A DNA stretch of 64,000 nucleotides. It comes from Octopus sinensis. Its lineage: Eukaryota. Under the pieces are notes generated by a model. That model saw nothing but the letters and a program-made list of their open reading frames with translations. It did no database searches and was not told where the DNA came from. The DNA lies in contig NC_042998.1 in assembly GCF_006345805.1 (NCBI RefSeq), forward strand, positions 190,774,001-190,838,000, read 5' to 3'. Each line of letters opens with the position of its first letter. Position 1 is the stretch's first letter. Of the stretch, positions 37,095 to 49,677 are shown piece by piece. The translations under genes were made by a program, and so were the position numbers.

Positions 37095-37937
37095 GCACGC
37101 ACATGCACACAAACACTCATGTATAGTGTTTAATTGTATCATTTTTATTATAATTTGCATCGAAATGCTTCGGACAATCTGGAATGCAGATATCCAAAAT
37201 GGCTGAAAAATTCGATAAAATGTAAATGCAGAGCACGAGTAATGGCGAACAATATAGTGACGTCAGGTTAGAAATCAAATAACTAAGTTATCGATCAGAA
37301 CAGAGCTTACAATAGCTGAGGGATAATAGTACAACATAGACATCCCTTAGCCCTTTAACGTTCATACACACACAGACCCCCCCCACACACATATATATAT
37401 ATACATAATTTGAAATCCAAGTATGGATTGCTCTACAACTGTTAAAACGTGAAGTATCAGAGATAACCCATCGTACGGTGAGAAGCAGAAGACGAAACCT
37501 TCTGATAATTATGGATGTTCCGAAAATTAGCCATGGATATTTACTATAAAATTGACGTCAGACAATTCATCTTTCGGATTTCTAGTATTCAAACAATTTA
37601 TCGATTAAGTTTGCTATTTAGTCTTAATAATCTATCTTATCATCATTTCTAGAGAGAAAACAAACATAATTAGACGTAAATCAGATTCGCGGAAGAATAA
37701 ATGGTTTCCGCTGCAGCTTTAAAATTACCTACTTCACTAGTAGTAGTAGTAGTAGTTGTAGCAGCAGCAGCACAAGTCACAACTTTTGTTGTGGTAGTAG
37801 TAGCGGGGTTTTTGGTGGAGAAGTGGTACACTTAGCTGTAGAAGTGGTGGTGGTAGCAATAGTAGTATTAGTAGTATTAGTAGTGATGCTGCCTGAGATA
37901 ATAAGGAATTGTAGTCGTGAGAATAGTAGTAGTGGTA

Positions 37938-37973
<36 letters not shown>

Positions 37974-38100
37974 GTATTAGTAGTAGTAGTAGTAGTAGTA
38001 GTAGTAGCAAGGTGGTGATCGATGTAATCGACTGGCTCCTCACTCCCAAATTTTCAGGCCTTGTGCATATAGTAGAAATTATTATTATTATTTATTATTA

Positions 38101-38143
<43 letters not shown>

Positions 38144-38584
38144 GTAGTAGTAGTAGTAGTAGTAGTAGAAGTAGTAGAAGTAGTAGTAGTGATACATGTT
38201 GCATTAGCTGTTGGCCGAATTTACTTCCTTTTGAGATCGATAAAATAAGTACTTGCCGTTGTTTATAGCACCAGTTTATCCATGATGGAGCAGACCGATG
38301 ATCAAACTCATTCCATCAGAGACTCTGCCATTTTCTTCATCTAAAACCCCCATTGTCAAATGTATCACACGTTCTCCAAGACGGTGGAAGCATAATTCGA
38401 GGGCAAATCGGTCTCTATTTCTAGCTGACACATAAAGATTTTCACGTTGACTCGATTAAGTACTAGTGAAGTGGCTGGGAATAAGTATATTCCACTCTGT
38501 GTCTCTCCCATTTATGTTATAAATCCTCCTTCTCCCCCTCCTCCTCCTCATCATCAGTATCATCGTCATCATCATTATCATTTT

Positions 38585-38945
38585 TATTAGTTTGGTCTGG
38601 CAGTGCTAACAGCCGTCAAGGCTGATTCGAAATATACTCTCCAGGTATCAAAGGCTACGTATCGAGTCTGCCTGAGGTGTGTGGAGAGCAACGAATCTGC
38701 TCTTCTCAAACTCGTTCTATGTCTAAGCTTTACTGATTTGTCAAGCAGTCTCGGCTGTGGCTATGTCGAGTCATCATGAAGATCGCTCTGCCCTTTCTGG
38801 CTAAAAATCCCTTTGATAAAGAAGAACCAACGACTGAGAAGAGTAATAACGAAGTTTCTTTTTCGGCCTAGCTTCATCAGCTTTTATAAGCTTCACTTAA
38901 AAACGATGAAAGTGGAGAGAAAGGTGCTAACCCACCCCTGCTATA
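38585..38945 (-). mobile_element. Probable 3' end of an RLE-type non-LTR element with (GAT)n tail
   Basis: High-complexity island ending in AATAAAAATGATAATGATGATG. Minus frame KLMKLGRKRNFVITLLSRWFFFIKGIF loosely resembles RLE-element C-termini. Weak. Confidence 0.3.
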
Positions 38946-39290
38946 TTTGTTAAAATGTGTGTTGCTGACAAGCATGACCGAATGGAATATGTGTAGTTTC
39001 AGAGTGGTAGAGTGTTGGGAATAGGATCATAAATGATAGGATCGATATCTGGACAGAGTGTATCGTAGTGATCTTGAGCAAGGCACTTCATGCCACATTG
39101 CTTTAGTTTACACAGCTCAAAATGAGTACAAATCGAGTCCTGACACAGCCATCCATCCCTCCGTCCATCACAAACTTGATGTTCAGCTGGTCAGCTGGAT
39201 CAATAATGGGAGGATCAAGGATGGGTCTATGAATACCCGAGGCACCTAAACTAAACATCAACGTGTGGAACGAAAATCTAACATATATAC

Positions 39291-39349
<59 letters not shown>

Positions 39350-39993
39350 CAAATCTTTACCACGAAGCTTAGTGGTTGTCGTGTAACTGTCAGGTCCTCT
39401 TTGATCGAGTGAACCCATGTCAAGCAAGCCCAGTTTTATGGGATCAACATCAGAGAAGAAACACGACTGTTTAGTGTCTGTGAAGATATGGAAAACATGT
39501 CCCGCTTAGATATTGTTTGATGATTGATTCGATGTATTTTATTTTACTGTCTTAAATATGAAAGGAAAAGTTAGTGAAATGTCTGTTGTATGAAATATGG
39601 GTGAACGTCACAGTAGAAAAATGGCTGCTGTGTGGGGCGGAGATCGATTGATCAAAGTAAAAGATATGGAGACTGTGGAAATGTAGTAGTCGTAGTAGTA
39701 GTAGTAGGAGGAGGAGGAGGAGGGGAGGAGAAGGAGAAGAAGCAGTAGTAGTAGTACTGTCATGATGACGACGATTATGATTATGACGACGCAGTGTGTT
39801 GTGGAATTTGACTATGTAGGTGAAAAAGTAGTAGTAGTAGTAGTAGTTAGTAGTAGTAGTAGTAGCAGTTGTAGTTGTGCAAATAGGATGATGATTATAA
39901 TGATGATGAAGCAAAAACAAAGTAGAGGAGGGACGAGAAAAAAGAAGAAGCGGAGGAAGTAGAAGTAACGAAATAAAGAAAAGGAGAGAAAAT

Positions 39994-40331
39994 GAAGAAA
40001 AAGGAGGAAGAAGAAGAAGAAGAAGAAGGAGAAGAAGAAGAAGAAGAAGAAGAAGAAGAAGAAGAGAAGAAGAAGAGAAGGAGAAGGAGAGAAGAGAGAA
40101 GGAGAAGAAGGAAAAGGAAAAGAAGAAGAAGGAGAAGGAGAAGAAGAAGGAGAAGAAGAAGGAGAAGGAGAAGAAGAAGGAGGAGAAGAAGAAGGAGAAG
40201 GAGAAGAAGAAGAAGGAGAAGGAAAAGGAGAAGAAGAAGAAGAAGGAGAAGAAGAAGAAGAAGAAGGAGAAGGAGGAAGAAGAAGAAGAAGAAGAAGAAG
40301 AAGAAGAAGAAGAAGAAGAAGAAGAAGAAAA
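39994..40331. repeat. 338-nt pure-purine (GAA/GGA)n tract
   Basis: No pyrimidine on the plus strand across this interval. Confidence 0.95.
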
Positions 40332-40746
40332 TTTGCTCTCATAGTCTTAAAAAGAGTGCATTCTAGAAAAGTATCAGTTTACGAGTGTCATAAAAGTATG
40401 GAACTTAAATGGTCTTCTACTTGCACTAACAGGTGGGTAGCGGCCATGCTAAAGCATCCTCATAAAAATACTGAATGACGAACATAAAAAAAAAAATAGA
40501 ATTTTTGGAAATTATTACTGAAAGAGTGGAATATCAAAAGTTTCAAAATATTCTCTTGCTTTATCGAAAGGAGGCTTCGAAAACTCTTTAACTAAAGCGT
40601 GGAATCGAAACTCAAACACCGTGTCGAGGGAGAGAAAGCAGAAGTTCTAATCACTTGACTAACCATAAATCATCATCACCACCACTACCTTCTTCATCAT
40701 CATCATCATCATCATCATCATTATTATTATCATTATTATTATTGAA

Positions 40747-41070
40747 GAGGCGAGCTGGCAGAATCGTTAGCATGCCGGGCGAAATGCTTAGCGGTTTTTC
40801 GTCTGCCGCTACGTTCTGTGTTCAAATTCCGCCGAGGTCGACTTTGCCTTTCATCCTTTCGGGGTCAATAAATTAAGTACAAGTTACACTGGGTAAAATG
40901 TTTCACGGCATTTCGTCCGTCTTTACGTTTTGAGTTCAAATTCCGCCAAGGTCAACTTTGCCTTTCACCCTTCCGGGGTCGCTAAATTAAGTAACAGTGA
41001 AACACTCGGGTCGATGTAATCGACTAGTCCTCTCCACCAAATTTCAGGCCTTGTGCCTTTAAAAGAAAGG
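40747..41070 (+). mobile_element. SINE family A dimer (headed, tail-truncated unit plus headless unit) followed by (ATT)n
   Basis: Head GAGGCGAGCTGGCAGAATCGTTAGC; re-entry at GGCATTTCGTCC near 40905; tail GGCCTTGTGCCTTTAAAAGAAAGGA(TTA)n. Confidence 0.9.
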
Positions 41071-41159
<89 letters not shown>

Positions 41160-41181
41160 GTTGTTGTTGTTATTATTTTTA

Positions 41182-41230
<49 letters not shown>

Positions 41231-42134
41231 GATTAGTAAGGCTGAATACATGACTCGTTCTCGATGGCAGGAGAATAGCATAAAAAGTTAGCTCGCTCCA
41301 CAAACCTTGTCCAAATTCTTATGATAGACTCCGGTAAGTTTAATAAGGGCAGAGTGATCCGTCCATCCTAGAATAGGGAACGGATCCTCCAATGGGAGTC
41401 CATTCTGTCGACAACTTTTTACTCGCAATAGTGGACCAGAGACTGAGGTAAAAAACTCTTGCTAAAGATTCTGTGCGATGAGGTTGTATAAAAAACGTCA
41501 CGTGATTGCTAAATGAACTTGTTAACCACACTGCCATCTACACACCATTTAAAGAATTAAAAAAAAAAAAAGGTGTTAGATTGAATTTCTTTTACTAATT
41601 TATTTTTGAAATATTTAAAAAATATATTTCAGAGGCAGGTATCAATCAATCAATAAATCAATAAATTTGGTCTTTAATCATATTTCATTGAACTATCAAA
41701 TCATTCAGACAAATTGATGATGCGGTGCCATTTCGTGCAACATAAATACAAAGTCACGTGCATCTGTCGCAATCAACGACACGGTAAAGGGGATGTAGAC
41801 TACTAATTATTTGTAAAAATATTGCTGCTTGGTGAGATAAGTTTGTTTCGTAATGACAAGGTTTCGACTTCAAACCCGAAGCACGGTAACTTGAACAACT
41901 GTCTGCTCCAAAACATCAACTAATAGAGTACTCAATATATTTCTGTAGAGCATAGAATTCTTTATTATTACATATGAAAGGTTGACAGTGACTTCAGGTT
42001 TTCGTGCATGATTATCTTCTCCAAAAAGCTAATATGTCTCTCTGTCTAGATGATATCTTATAATAGCAATATAATTATCAAATCTATGAATATAACACCT
42101 CACTTCTCTTACCTATATTAAATTGTAACTCAAG

Positions 42135-42350
42135 GCAGCGGACTTGTAGAATTGTTAGCACGCTGGCCCAAAGGCTTAGCGGTATTTCGTCCATCTTTAC
42201 GTTCTGAGCTCTATTTCCACCGAGGCTGACTTTGCTTTTCATCGTTTCAGGGGTCGACAACTGAAGTTCCAGTTGAGTACTGGGGTCGATGTAATCGACT
42301 TAGTTCCCTTCCCACCAAAAATGTGCTGGCCTTGTGCCGAAATTTGAAAT
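42135..42350 (+). mobile_element. SINE family A
   Basis: GGCAGCGGACTTGTAGAATTGTTAGCACGC..GTTCTGAG..ACTGGGGTCGATGTAATCGACT..GGCCTTGTGCCGAAATTTGAAA. Confidence 0.85.
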
Positions 42351-43090
42351 TAATATTAAATTCTACTTTTAATGTTATTTTCGGCGATTCAAACGTCCTT
42401 ATCAAATCTTTTACAAAGCAAAACGAACGTATTTACTTGTGTTCATCATGTTTCGGCAACAACCGTATCTCATCAGTTTCTACACAAAGGTGTATTAACA
42501 AAAGCGAGCTCCTCATATACCTCTCTTTACAGTACCTTTGTTGAAAACGTGAGCCCCACCCACCTTGTATTTTATGAACGTCTGGCTACCAGAAGCACGA
42601 ATGCGTCAGGGGCAGATATAGCATATATGATGCATTTTTTAAAAATATACCTTGATTTTACTTTTACTTCTTTTTCGTTTGAACTGTACTAATAAATCAT
42701 TATATTATTGCCTCAAATCTGATTCCTTTCACTTTTATTTTGGCGTATGCAACTTACTTTATAACACCACCCTTGCAAAAATATTCTTTCATTATTGTTG
42801 TGAACTGTGTATGTGTGTGTGTATGTATATATACATTATTGGCAAAATAGTCCACCCAGTTTTATTATTCGCCAATCAATTAATCAATTCATTTATTATT
42901 GATTTGTATGCCATAAATATTTCGTCACCCATGCATGCTTCTATAACTAACGTTACGTATTCAATCACCTTCTCGTTTATTGGCAAAATGACCCACCAAA
43001 AGTACAACAGAATCGGTTTCAACACACAGTTTTACATCAAAGTTCTTGTAAAACAAATTTAAACTCTCTCGTTACCTATCTATCTATCTA

Positions 43091-43129
<39 letters not shown>

Positions 43130-45267
43130 ATCTATCTATCTATCTATCTATCTATCTGCCAGTCTGTCTGTCTGTCTATCGGTCCATCTGCTTATCCATC
43201 TAATACACATGGATACATACATCATTTAAGTATATATGCGCATGTCTACACATGCGACTATATACATGAAAATATATACATAAAACAAAACATAATTCGG
43301 CACATGCACTGACTCCAAATACTGCACACATACATACATACAGACATACATACATACTTACATACATACAAGCAAAAATATCCTGCTGATGTTGGGGTTT
43401 CAATGAAGGGACCGTTGGTCTAGGTTAGAAATCGGCCCTTTCTCTAGTGGCAAGAAATCTTGAAATAAAACTGTATAATGGCACACACACACACACACAC
43501 ACATACACACACACATACACAAACATATATACATGCATATACTTACATACCTTATGTGTTATACCATGTCTCAATGTAAGGTATATTTTTTAGAGAAATC
43601 TTCAACGAAATATGACTAGTTTAGCTGAGAAAACTGCAGAAGGGTTGGGTATTCAAACTTTATAAGACACAAAATGTATCGCCTCGTATTTATATGTTAG
43701 CTTTGGCTTCTTGCTGAAGAGAGCTTCGCCAATTGTAAATTATTTTATTTACAAAAGATTGCTTGAAACTATGCATAGTTCAGGTAAAAAATAGGGTAAA
43801 TGCTTTTATTTTTCATTTCCTTTCAAAATTACAACTGTTAGTGGCCTGTAGTTTAACTACTCTTTCTAGCGAGTCAGATGTCCTGTTATGGCTATCACTT
43901 ATGTGTTTAAATGTACACTGTATTTTTAGATGAATAATATATAGTCTATTGACTAGTTTGTATAAGACACAAAATGTATATGTAGAGGCTCGCGCGCGCA
44001 CACACACTCACGCACACATAAACATTACATAGACATCATAAAGTGGTACAATTGGATTTGCAAAGAGGAAAAGAAAAAGTACTTCATACGGTCTGTAGTA
44101 TATTAAAGCTAACATTAAATCTCTTTTTCAAGAGATCGACTTCGCCTTTCATCCTTTCGGGGTCAATAAAAAAAAGTTCTAGTCGAGCACTGGGGTCGAT
44201 GTAATGGACTTACCCACTCCCACAAGATTGCTGGCCTTGTGCCAAAATTTGAAACCAATATCAACTCTGTTTACATCTAGTGTCAGATTTTTGCCAAGTT
44301 TTATATGAATTTATGTTTGATCATTTCTGTTCGACTACAAAGAAAGTTCTCCCATGTTTCTCCAAATCCACTTCCAATGATGTTTTTTTTAAGAAAAATA
44401 AATCCTTTAAATAAATTGAATTATGGTTTTTATTGTTTATCATCGTCTTATCAAAAGCTTCTTTGTCTGCCATACAAAATGTCAACATCTTTGATGTATT
44501 GATATTAATATGCTCATACAAACAATCACGCCAAACACTCTACTGATAACGAACCAATAAGGAAGCTACGAGGTTGTTATTCAGTCTACGAGAAATAACA
44601 GCCAAATGCCCCTAAAATTTAATCCCACTTTGGATTATGGCACAAGGCCAGCAAATTTAGGAGCGGGGTTCTCTTTCTAACTCGCTGCCTATTAGTCAAT
44701 AAAATTCTTTGTTTTTCTTTATAATATTGGCACAAGGCCAGTGATTTTGAGAGGGGGAGGGTAACGGTTATATCGGTGCTAGTATTGATTGATACTTTGT
44801 TTTATCGACCACTAAAGGATGAGAGGTGAAATTGAGTTCAGCAGGATTTGAACTCAGAACGAAAAGAGTCGGAATAAATGCTTCCAAACATTTCGTCTAA
44901 TGCGCTAATGTTTCTGCCAACTTAATGTATTTTTTAGTTTATATAATTCGATATAAACAAAAACAATACAATTCAATTAATTTAAGGCAACCTAACGCAA
45001 TATAATAATAATAATAATGATAATAATGATAATAATAATAATAATAATAATAGTAATAATAATTATGGTATATAGATTGTTACACACTATAATGTTAGAT
45101 GATATATTATACTCTGTTACATAATATACTATTAAATAAAATTATATCATAAATTATTTAATATAATATTAAATATTATTAAACACGGTTGTTTAATGAT
45201 AAATAACATTGTATTATATATTGCTATATAATATAGATTGTTAAAACATAATATTTAATATAGTTGA

Positions 45268-45465
45268 TAGTTGGCAGAATTGTTAGCGCGCCGGGAAAAA
45301 TACTTAGCGGCATTTCGTCCGTCTTTACGTTCTGAGTTTAAATTTCACCGAGGTCGGCTTTGCCTTCTATCTTCTCGCTGTCGATAAAATAAGTACCAGT
45401 TGAGTATTAAGGTTGATGTAATCGCCCTTCCGCCTCCTTCAAACTAGGGGAGACTGGCCTTCTGA
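45268..45465 (+). mobile_element. SINE family A
   Basis: GTTGGCAGAATTGTTAGCGCGCCGGG..GAGTTTAAATTTC..GATAAAATAAGTACCAG. Confidence 0.85.
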
Positions 45466-46009
45466 TAATATACTATTAAATAATATTACATCATTCATTA
45501 ATAAAATGTTGGTTTAAATTCCTTGTAGTATTTAATTGCATCCAATTACGACTGTTTTCGAATTATGCCGTGGTCAGATTTGCCTTTTATTCCACTGTGG
45601 TGGCTTTAATAGTCAACTAAATCTCTCGAAACTTTTATCAAACAAAAATAAGAAGAGACCCCCAAACCGTGTTCTTGGGCCAAACAGAAATTCATTTATG
45701 TTCGATTTTAAGGTTTGGGTTGGTGAAGCGATAGGCATTGTAGAGTGCCGGATGAAATATTCGAGCAGATATATAAACAAATTCATTACCGCCATAATCA
45801 TCATGTCTCGTTTTCGGATATAAGTGTACCGCATATTGCATTATCGAATATGTTCTTTCTTCAGGCGGTAGGACGTGGCTTGAGGGAGGTTTGCCTGCTT
45901 TGCGTAGCAGATCAAGAGACCACATACAAGTTCTCAAGCTAGTTAATTGTAGAAGTGTAACATGTTCGAGTCGATAGAAAACTTCACTAATATAGAGAAT
46001 TATATATTG

Positions 46010-46398
46010 GTTTCACACTTTGGCACAAGGCCAGCAATTTCGAAGGAAGGGTAAGCCGATTGCATTGACCCCAGTGCTCAGTTAGGTACATATTTTACCG
46101 ACCCCGAAAGGATGAAAGGCAAAGTCGGTGGAATTTGAACACAGAACGTGGAGTAAGACGAAATGCCTATTTCTTTACTACCCACAAGGGGCTAAACACA
46201 GAGAGGACAAACAAGGACAGACAAACGGATTAAGTCGATTTTATCGACCCCAATGCGTAACTGGTACTTATTTAATCGACCCCTAAAGGATGAAAGGCAA
46301 AGTCGACCTCGGTGGAATTTGAACACAGAACGTGGAGAAAGACGAAATGCTGCTAAGCATTTCGCCCGGCGTGCTAACGACTCTGCCAGCACGCCGCT
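46010..46398 (-). mobile_element. SINE family A dimer (long-tail full unit plus headless short-tail unit)
   Basis: Head GCGGCGTGCTGGCAGAGTCGTTAGC; tail GTAGTAAAGAAATAGGCATT re-enters at TCGTCTTACTCCACGTTCTG near 46165. Confidence 0.9.
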
Positions 46399-46511
46399 TT
46401 TATATAGGAAATTATATACTAGTGCACAAAAGTAATGGATGGTTGAAATAGGAGAGCACGAGAACAGTGTCATGCAGTGTTTATTGTTAATTCCTTAAAT
46501 TCTGAATTCTT

Positions 46512-46737
46512 ATTATTTACTGCCCACAAGGTGCTACACACAGAGGGGACAAACAAGGACAGACAAACGGATTAAGTCAATCATATCGACCCCAGTGCGT
46601 GACTGGTACTTAATTTATCGACCCCGAAAGGATGAAAGGCAAAGTCGACCTCGGCGGAATTTGAACTCAGAACGTAACAACAGACGAAATATCGCTAAGT
46701 ATTTCACTCGGCGTGCTAACGTTTCTGCCAGCCCCGC
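46512..46737 (-). mobile_element. SINE family A, long-tail subtype
   Basis: Head GCGGGGCTGGCAGAAACGTTAGCACGCCG, B box GAGTTCAAATTCC, long GTTTGTCTGTCCTTG tail. Confidence 0.92.
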
Positions 46738-46744
46738 GGTCAAC

Positions 46745-46811
46745 TTAGTGTTTCTCGAAACGTTGTTATTGCTATTTACCACCAGCTTAGCTCTGATGAG
46801 GGAGATATTAG
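46745..46811 (+). ncRNA. Hammerhead-like motif in type II (stem II open) order
   Basis: TTAGTGTTTCTC-GAA-ACGT-T-GTTA-TT-GCT-(10-nt loop)-AGC-T-TAGC-T-CTGATGA-GGGAGATATTAG: all core nucleotides present, 12 consecutive stem II pairs (7 WC, 5 G-U), interrupted stem I hairpin. Confidence 0.55.
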
Positions 46812-47986
46812 TAAAAAGGCATTCCAATCGTCACCAATCAATCTTTTAATTCAAATGGAAGGTATCTATTACTTCATTAAGCAGGATGTATGTCTTTCAA
46901 TAAAAACAAGTAAAAAAAAAAAATACATGCTGGGATGCGATTTGAGGCAGCTTTGATTGTTTTTCTCCGGCAGGTTCAGTAATCACGTCAAGGATCTCTC
47001 GTTTGGTCATACACGTATCTGTCATTCGTTTTCCGTCAAACCGATGACGACAACTTATACATAATTAAACGATCAGACTGGTTACGGCGTATGATGACTG
47101 ATAAAACATCAAGTAACCCGAAAGGTGTACGCAACACTGGAGAAAAGATGAGGGTTGAAATTTTTTACTGACTGCAGGCCCTCTCGCTATTGATTTCTCT
47201 CGAGCCTCTATTACTTCGCAGTAGAAGCCCAGTTCGCTTTACAAAATTTGGAGTAGTTTTTTTACACGGAAAAGCAGAGAAGTATCTTTTCTTTATACAT
47301 TCATCGATTCCTCTACACTATATTTAGATACCCAGATATATCTAAAACATGTACGCCAAGAAACATATTACCAAACACAGGTACATTACACACACACATA
47401 CACAAACATACAAACGTCTGTATTATATATAGTTGTGTGTGCGTGTGTATACATACATATATACTATGTTTTTGCCAAAACTATTTCTCTATTTAAGTTT
47501 ACTCGGACTTAACTGTCATCAGTAGGAAAAAGCAGTATTTAATATTTATGTACACTTGTCATCACACTATGTGGTTAATTTAAAGAAGTATACATACATA
47601 CTTACATGTATGCATACATACACATATACACGAAAACAGACACAGACACAGACAGACATACACACGCAAACATGCATACACATATACACGATTGTATATT
47701 TAGGTGCATATATGTGTCTATGAATATACATATACATATATATGTGTGTGTATGTGTGAATTTTTTTACTATCAATCAATGAATCAATCAGACAGTCAAT
47801 CGATCTCATATATATATATCTATATATTTAACTCTTTATCTACTCAATATCTTTGCATGTAAATTTCTATTGATCTACCTATCTACTAACACACACACAC
47901 ACACGCACACACACACACACACACATCAAGCTCTTTCCCCTCTTTCCCTCTGCCTTTCGTTGTCTGTTTGTCTATATGTCTGTTTG

Positions 47987-48045
<59 letters not shown>

Positions 48046-48049
48046 ATAT

Positions 48050-48082
<33 letters not shown>

Positions 48083-48189
48083 CCTATATCTATATCTATA
48101 TATATATATACACATACATATACATATATGTGTATACATACACATATATACACATATATACTTCTCTCCCCGTCTACCTGTGTGGCTCT

Positions 48190-48284
<95 letters not shown>

Positions 48285-48285
48285 C

Positions 48286-48352
<67 letters not shown>
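48190..48352. repeat. (TATC)n microsatellite
   Basis: Directly visible. Confidence 0.95.
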
Positions 48353-48354
<2 letters not shown>

Positions 48355-49234
48355 AGTTCGTGCAGATTTATAAATTAGTTGTATTAGGAAGTCTTGCCTC
48401 TTGTCTATTCCATTTATGAAGAGTCTATTTTTATATATAATGTTCGCTCTGTATTTGAGATATATCTGGATATTAAACACTTTATTTTTCTTATCAGCTA
48501 TTTTATCTATAGGAAAGAGTTGTTGGTTTCTCTCTTCTTGTTTTCTATAGTATTTGTCTTTAATATTGAATTTTGTTTTTGCTCTGGTTATGTAGGGCAT
48601 GATTATTCGATTGATGACCCGGACCTTCTCTATTGTAATACTGAAATAAATCACCTATAACAACGCCAAAGGAGCAAAGAACTTATTCATTCAGTGAAGG
48701 GGTGTTTTTTTTCTTTTGCTTTTGTTGCTGTTGTTGTCTCTCCCCCATTACTTCCTCTTTTACTTTTCCCCCTCTTTTGGTCTATGTCCTATATTGAAGC
48801 TGTGCAATATATGCAATTAACGATGGAACGTATTAATATCTGAACTGAACTTCTCTTCCTTCACTGCTTCCTTCCTTCTTTTCTTTCCGTCTTTCTTTCC
48901 TTCCTTATTTCTTTCGTTCTCATCCTTCCTTCTTTTCTTTCCATCTTTCTTTCCTTCCTTATTTCTTTCGTTCTTTTTTTTTTTTTTTTTTTGGCTCATT
49001 GAAAATAAGGAAAACTTTTCTTTTCGCCATCATTCTAAAACACTTCATCATCTAATCTTTCGTATCTTTTTGCTTTCATCACAATATTACACGTTTACAC
49101 CTTCCTTGCACACCGTTTCCAATTCGCTTTCATCGGTCACAACTCCATCCATGGTACACAGTTGAAAGTCACACCAATTTGATGGCTGTCTTTATAAATC
49201 CTGTTGTTTTTATTAATATTGTTGCTGTTGATGT

Positions 49235-49480
49235 TTTGATGATGATGTTGAGCGAAACGGTCTTCTGTGGTGAGAGAAGTCCGAACCGTGGTCCTTTGCT
49301 ATTCGTAAGACCCGCAGAGGAGAAAGCAGGTCAACTCCCGACACCGTGGTCCTTTGCTATTCGTAAGACCCGCAGAGGAGAAAGCAGGTCAACTCCCGAC
49401 ACCGTGGTCCTTTGCTATTCGTAAGACCCGCAGAGGAGAAAGCAGGTCAACCCCCGACACCGAGAGCATCGACGGATGGG
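49235..49480 (-). mobile_element. Retroposon 3' end with (CAT)n tail and an internal 58-bp unit repeated three times
   Basis: Unit ACCGTGGTCCTTTGCTATTCGTAAGACCCGCAGAGGAGAAAGCAGGTCAACTCCCGAC starts at 49285, 49343 and 49401, with one mismatch among the copies. The minus strand ends in CAACATCATCATC. Confidence 0.6.
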
Positions 49481-49640
49481 TGTTGTAGCTGTTGCTATTA
49501 TTACTAATGTTGTTGTTGTTGTTGTTCATGGTTATTCATATCAAGTAAAAGGAAGTATGAGAAATGAAAAAGTGACATTGAATTGACATGACGGTGTGTA
49601 GAATAAACAAAATTAGACAGATATAGTATGAAACAGTGAG

Positions 49641-49677
<37 letters not shown>

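Noticed and set aside
38591-38644. 54-nt plus-strand exon-like segment
   Set aside because: It lies within a probable retroelement 3' end on the opposite strand.
38850-38880. CTGATGA-AGCTAGGCC-GAAA on minus as a hammerhead
   Set aside because: Stem II has at most 2 pairs, and there is no stem I, stem III or NUH site.
39812-40366. Poly-E/R/K and poly-S/P/L ORFs
   Set aside because: They are frames of the GAA/GGA purine tract.
41271-41333. 63-nt segment with CAG acceptor and GTAAGT donor
   Set aside because: Stops in all three frames.
48871-48974. 54-bp tandem duplication of pyrimidine-rich sequence
   Set aside because: A simple low-complexity duplication with no further structure.
49285-49462. 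58-bp repeats as a CRISPR array or HDV-like ribozyme
   Set aside because: The units are contiguous with no spacers and no cas genes, in a eukaryotic context. For an HDV fold, P1 encloses only 10 nt and there is no P1.1 GG or P2.
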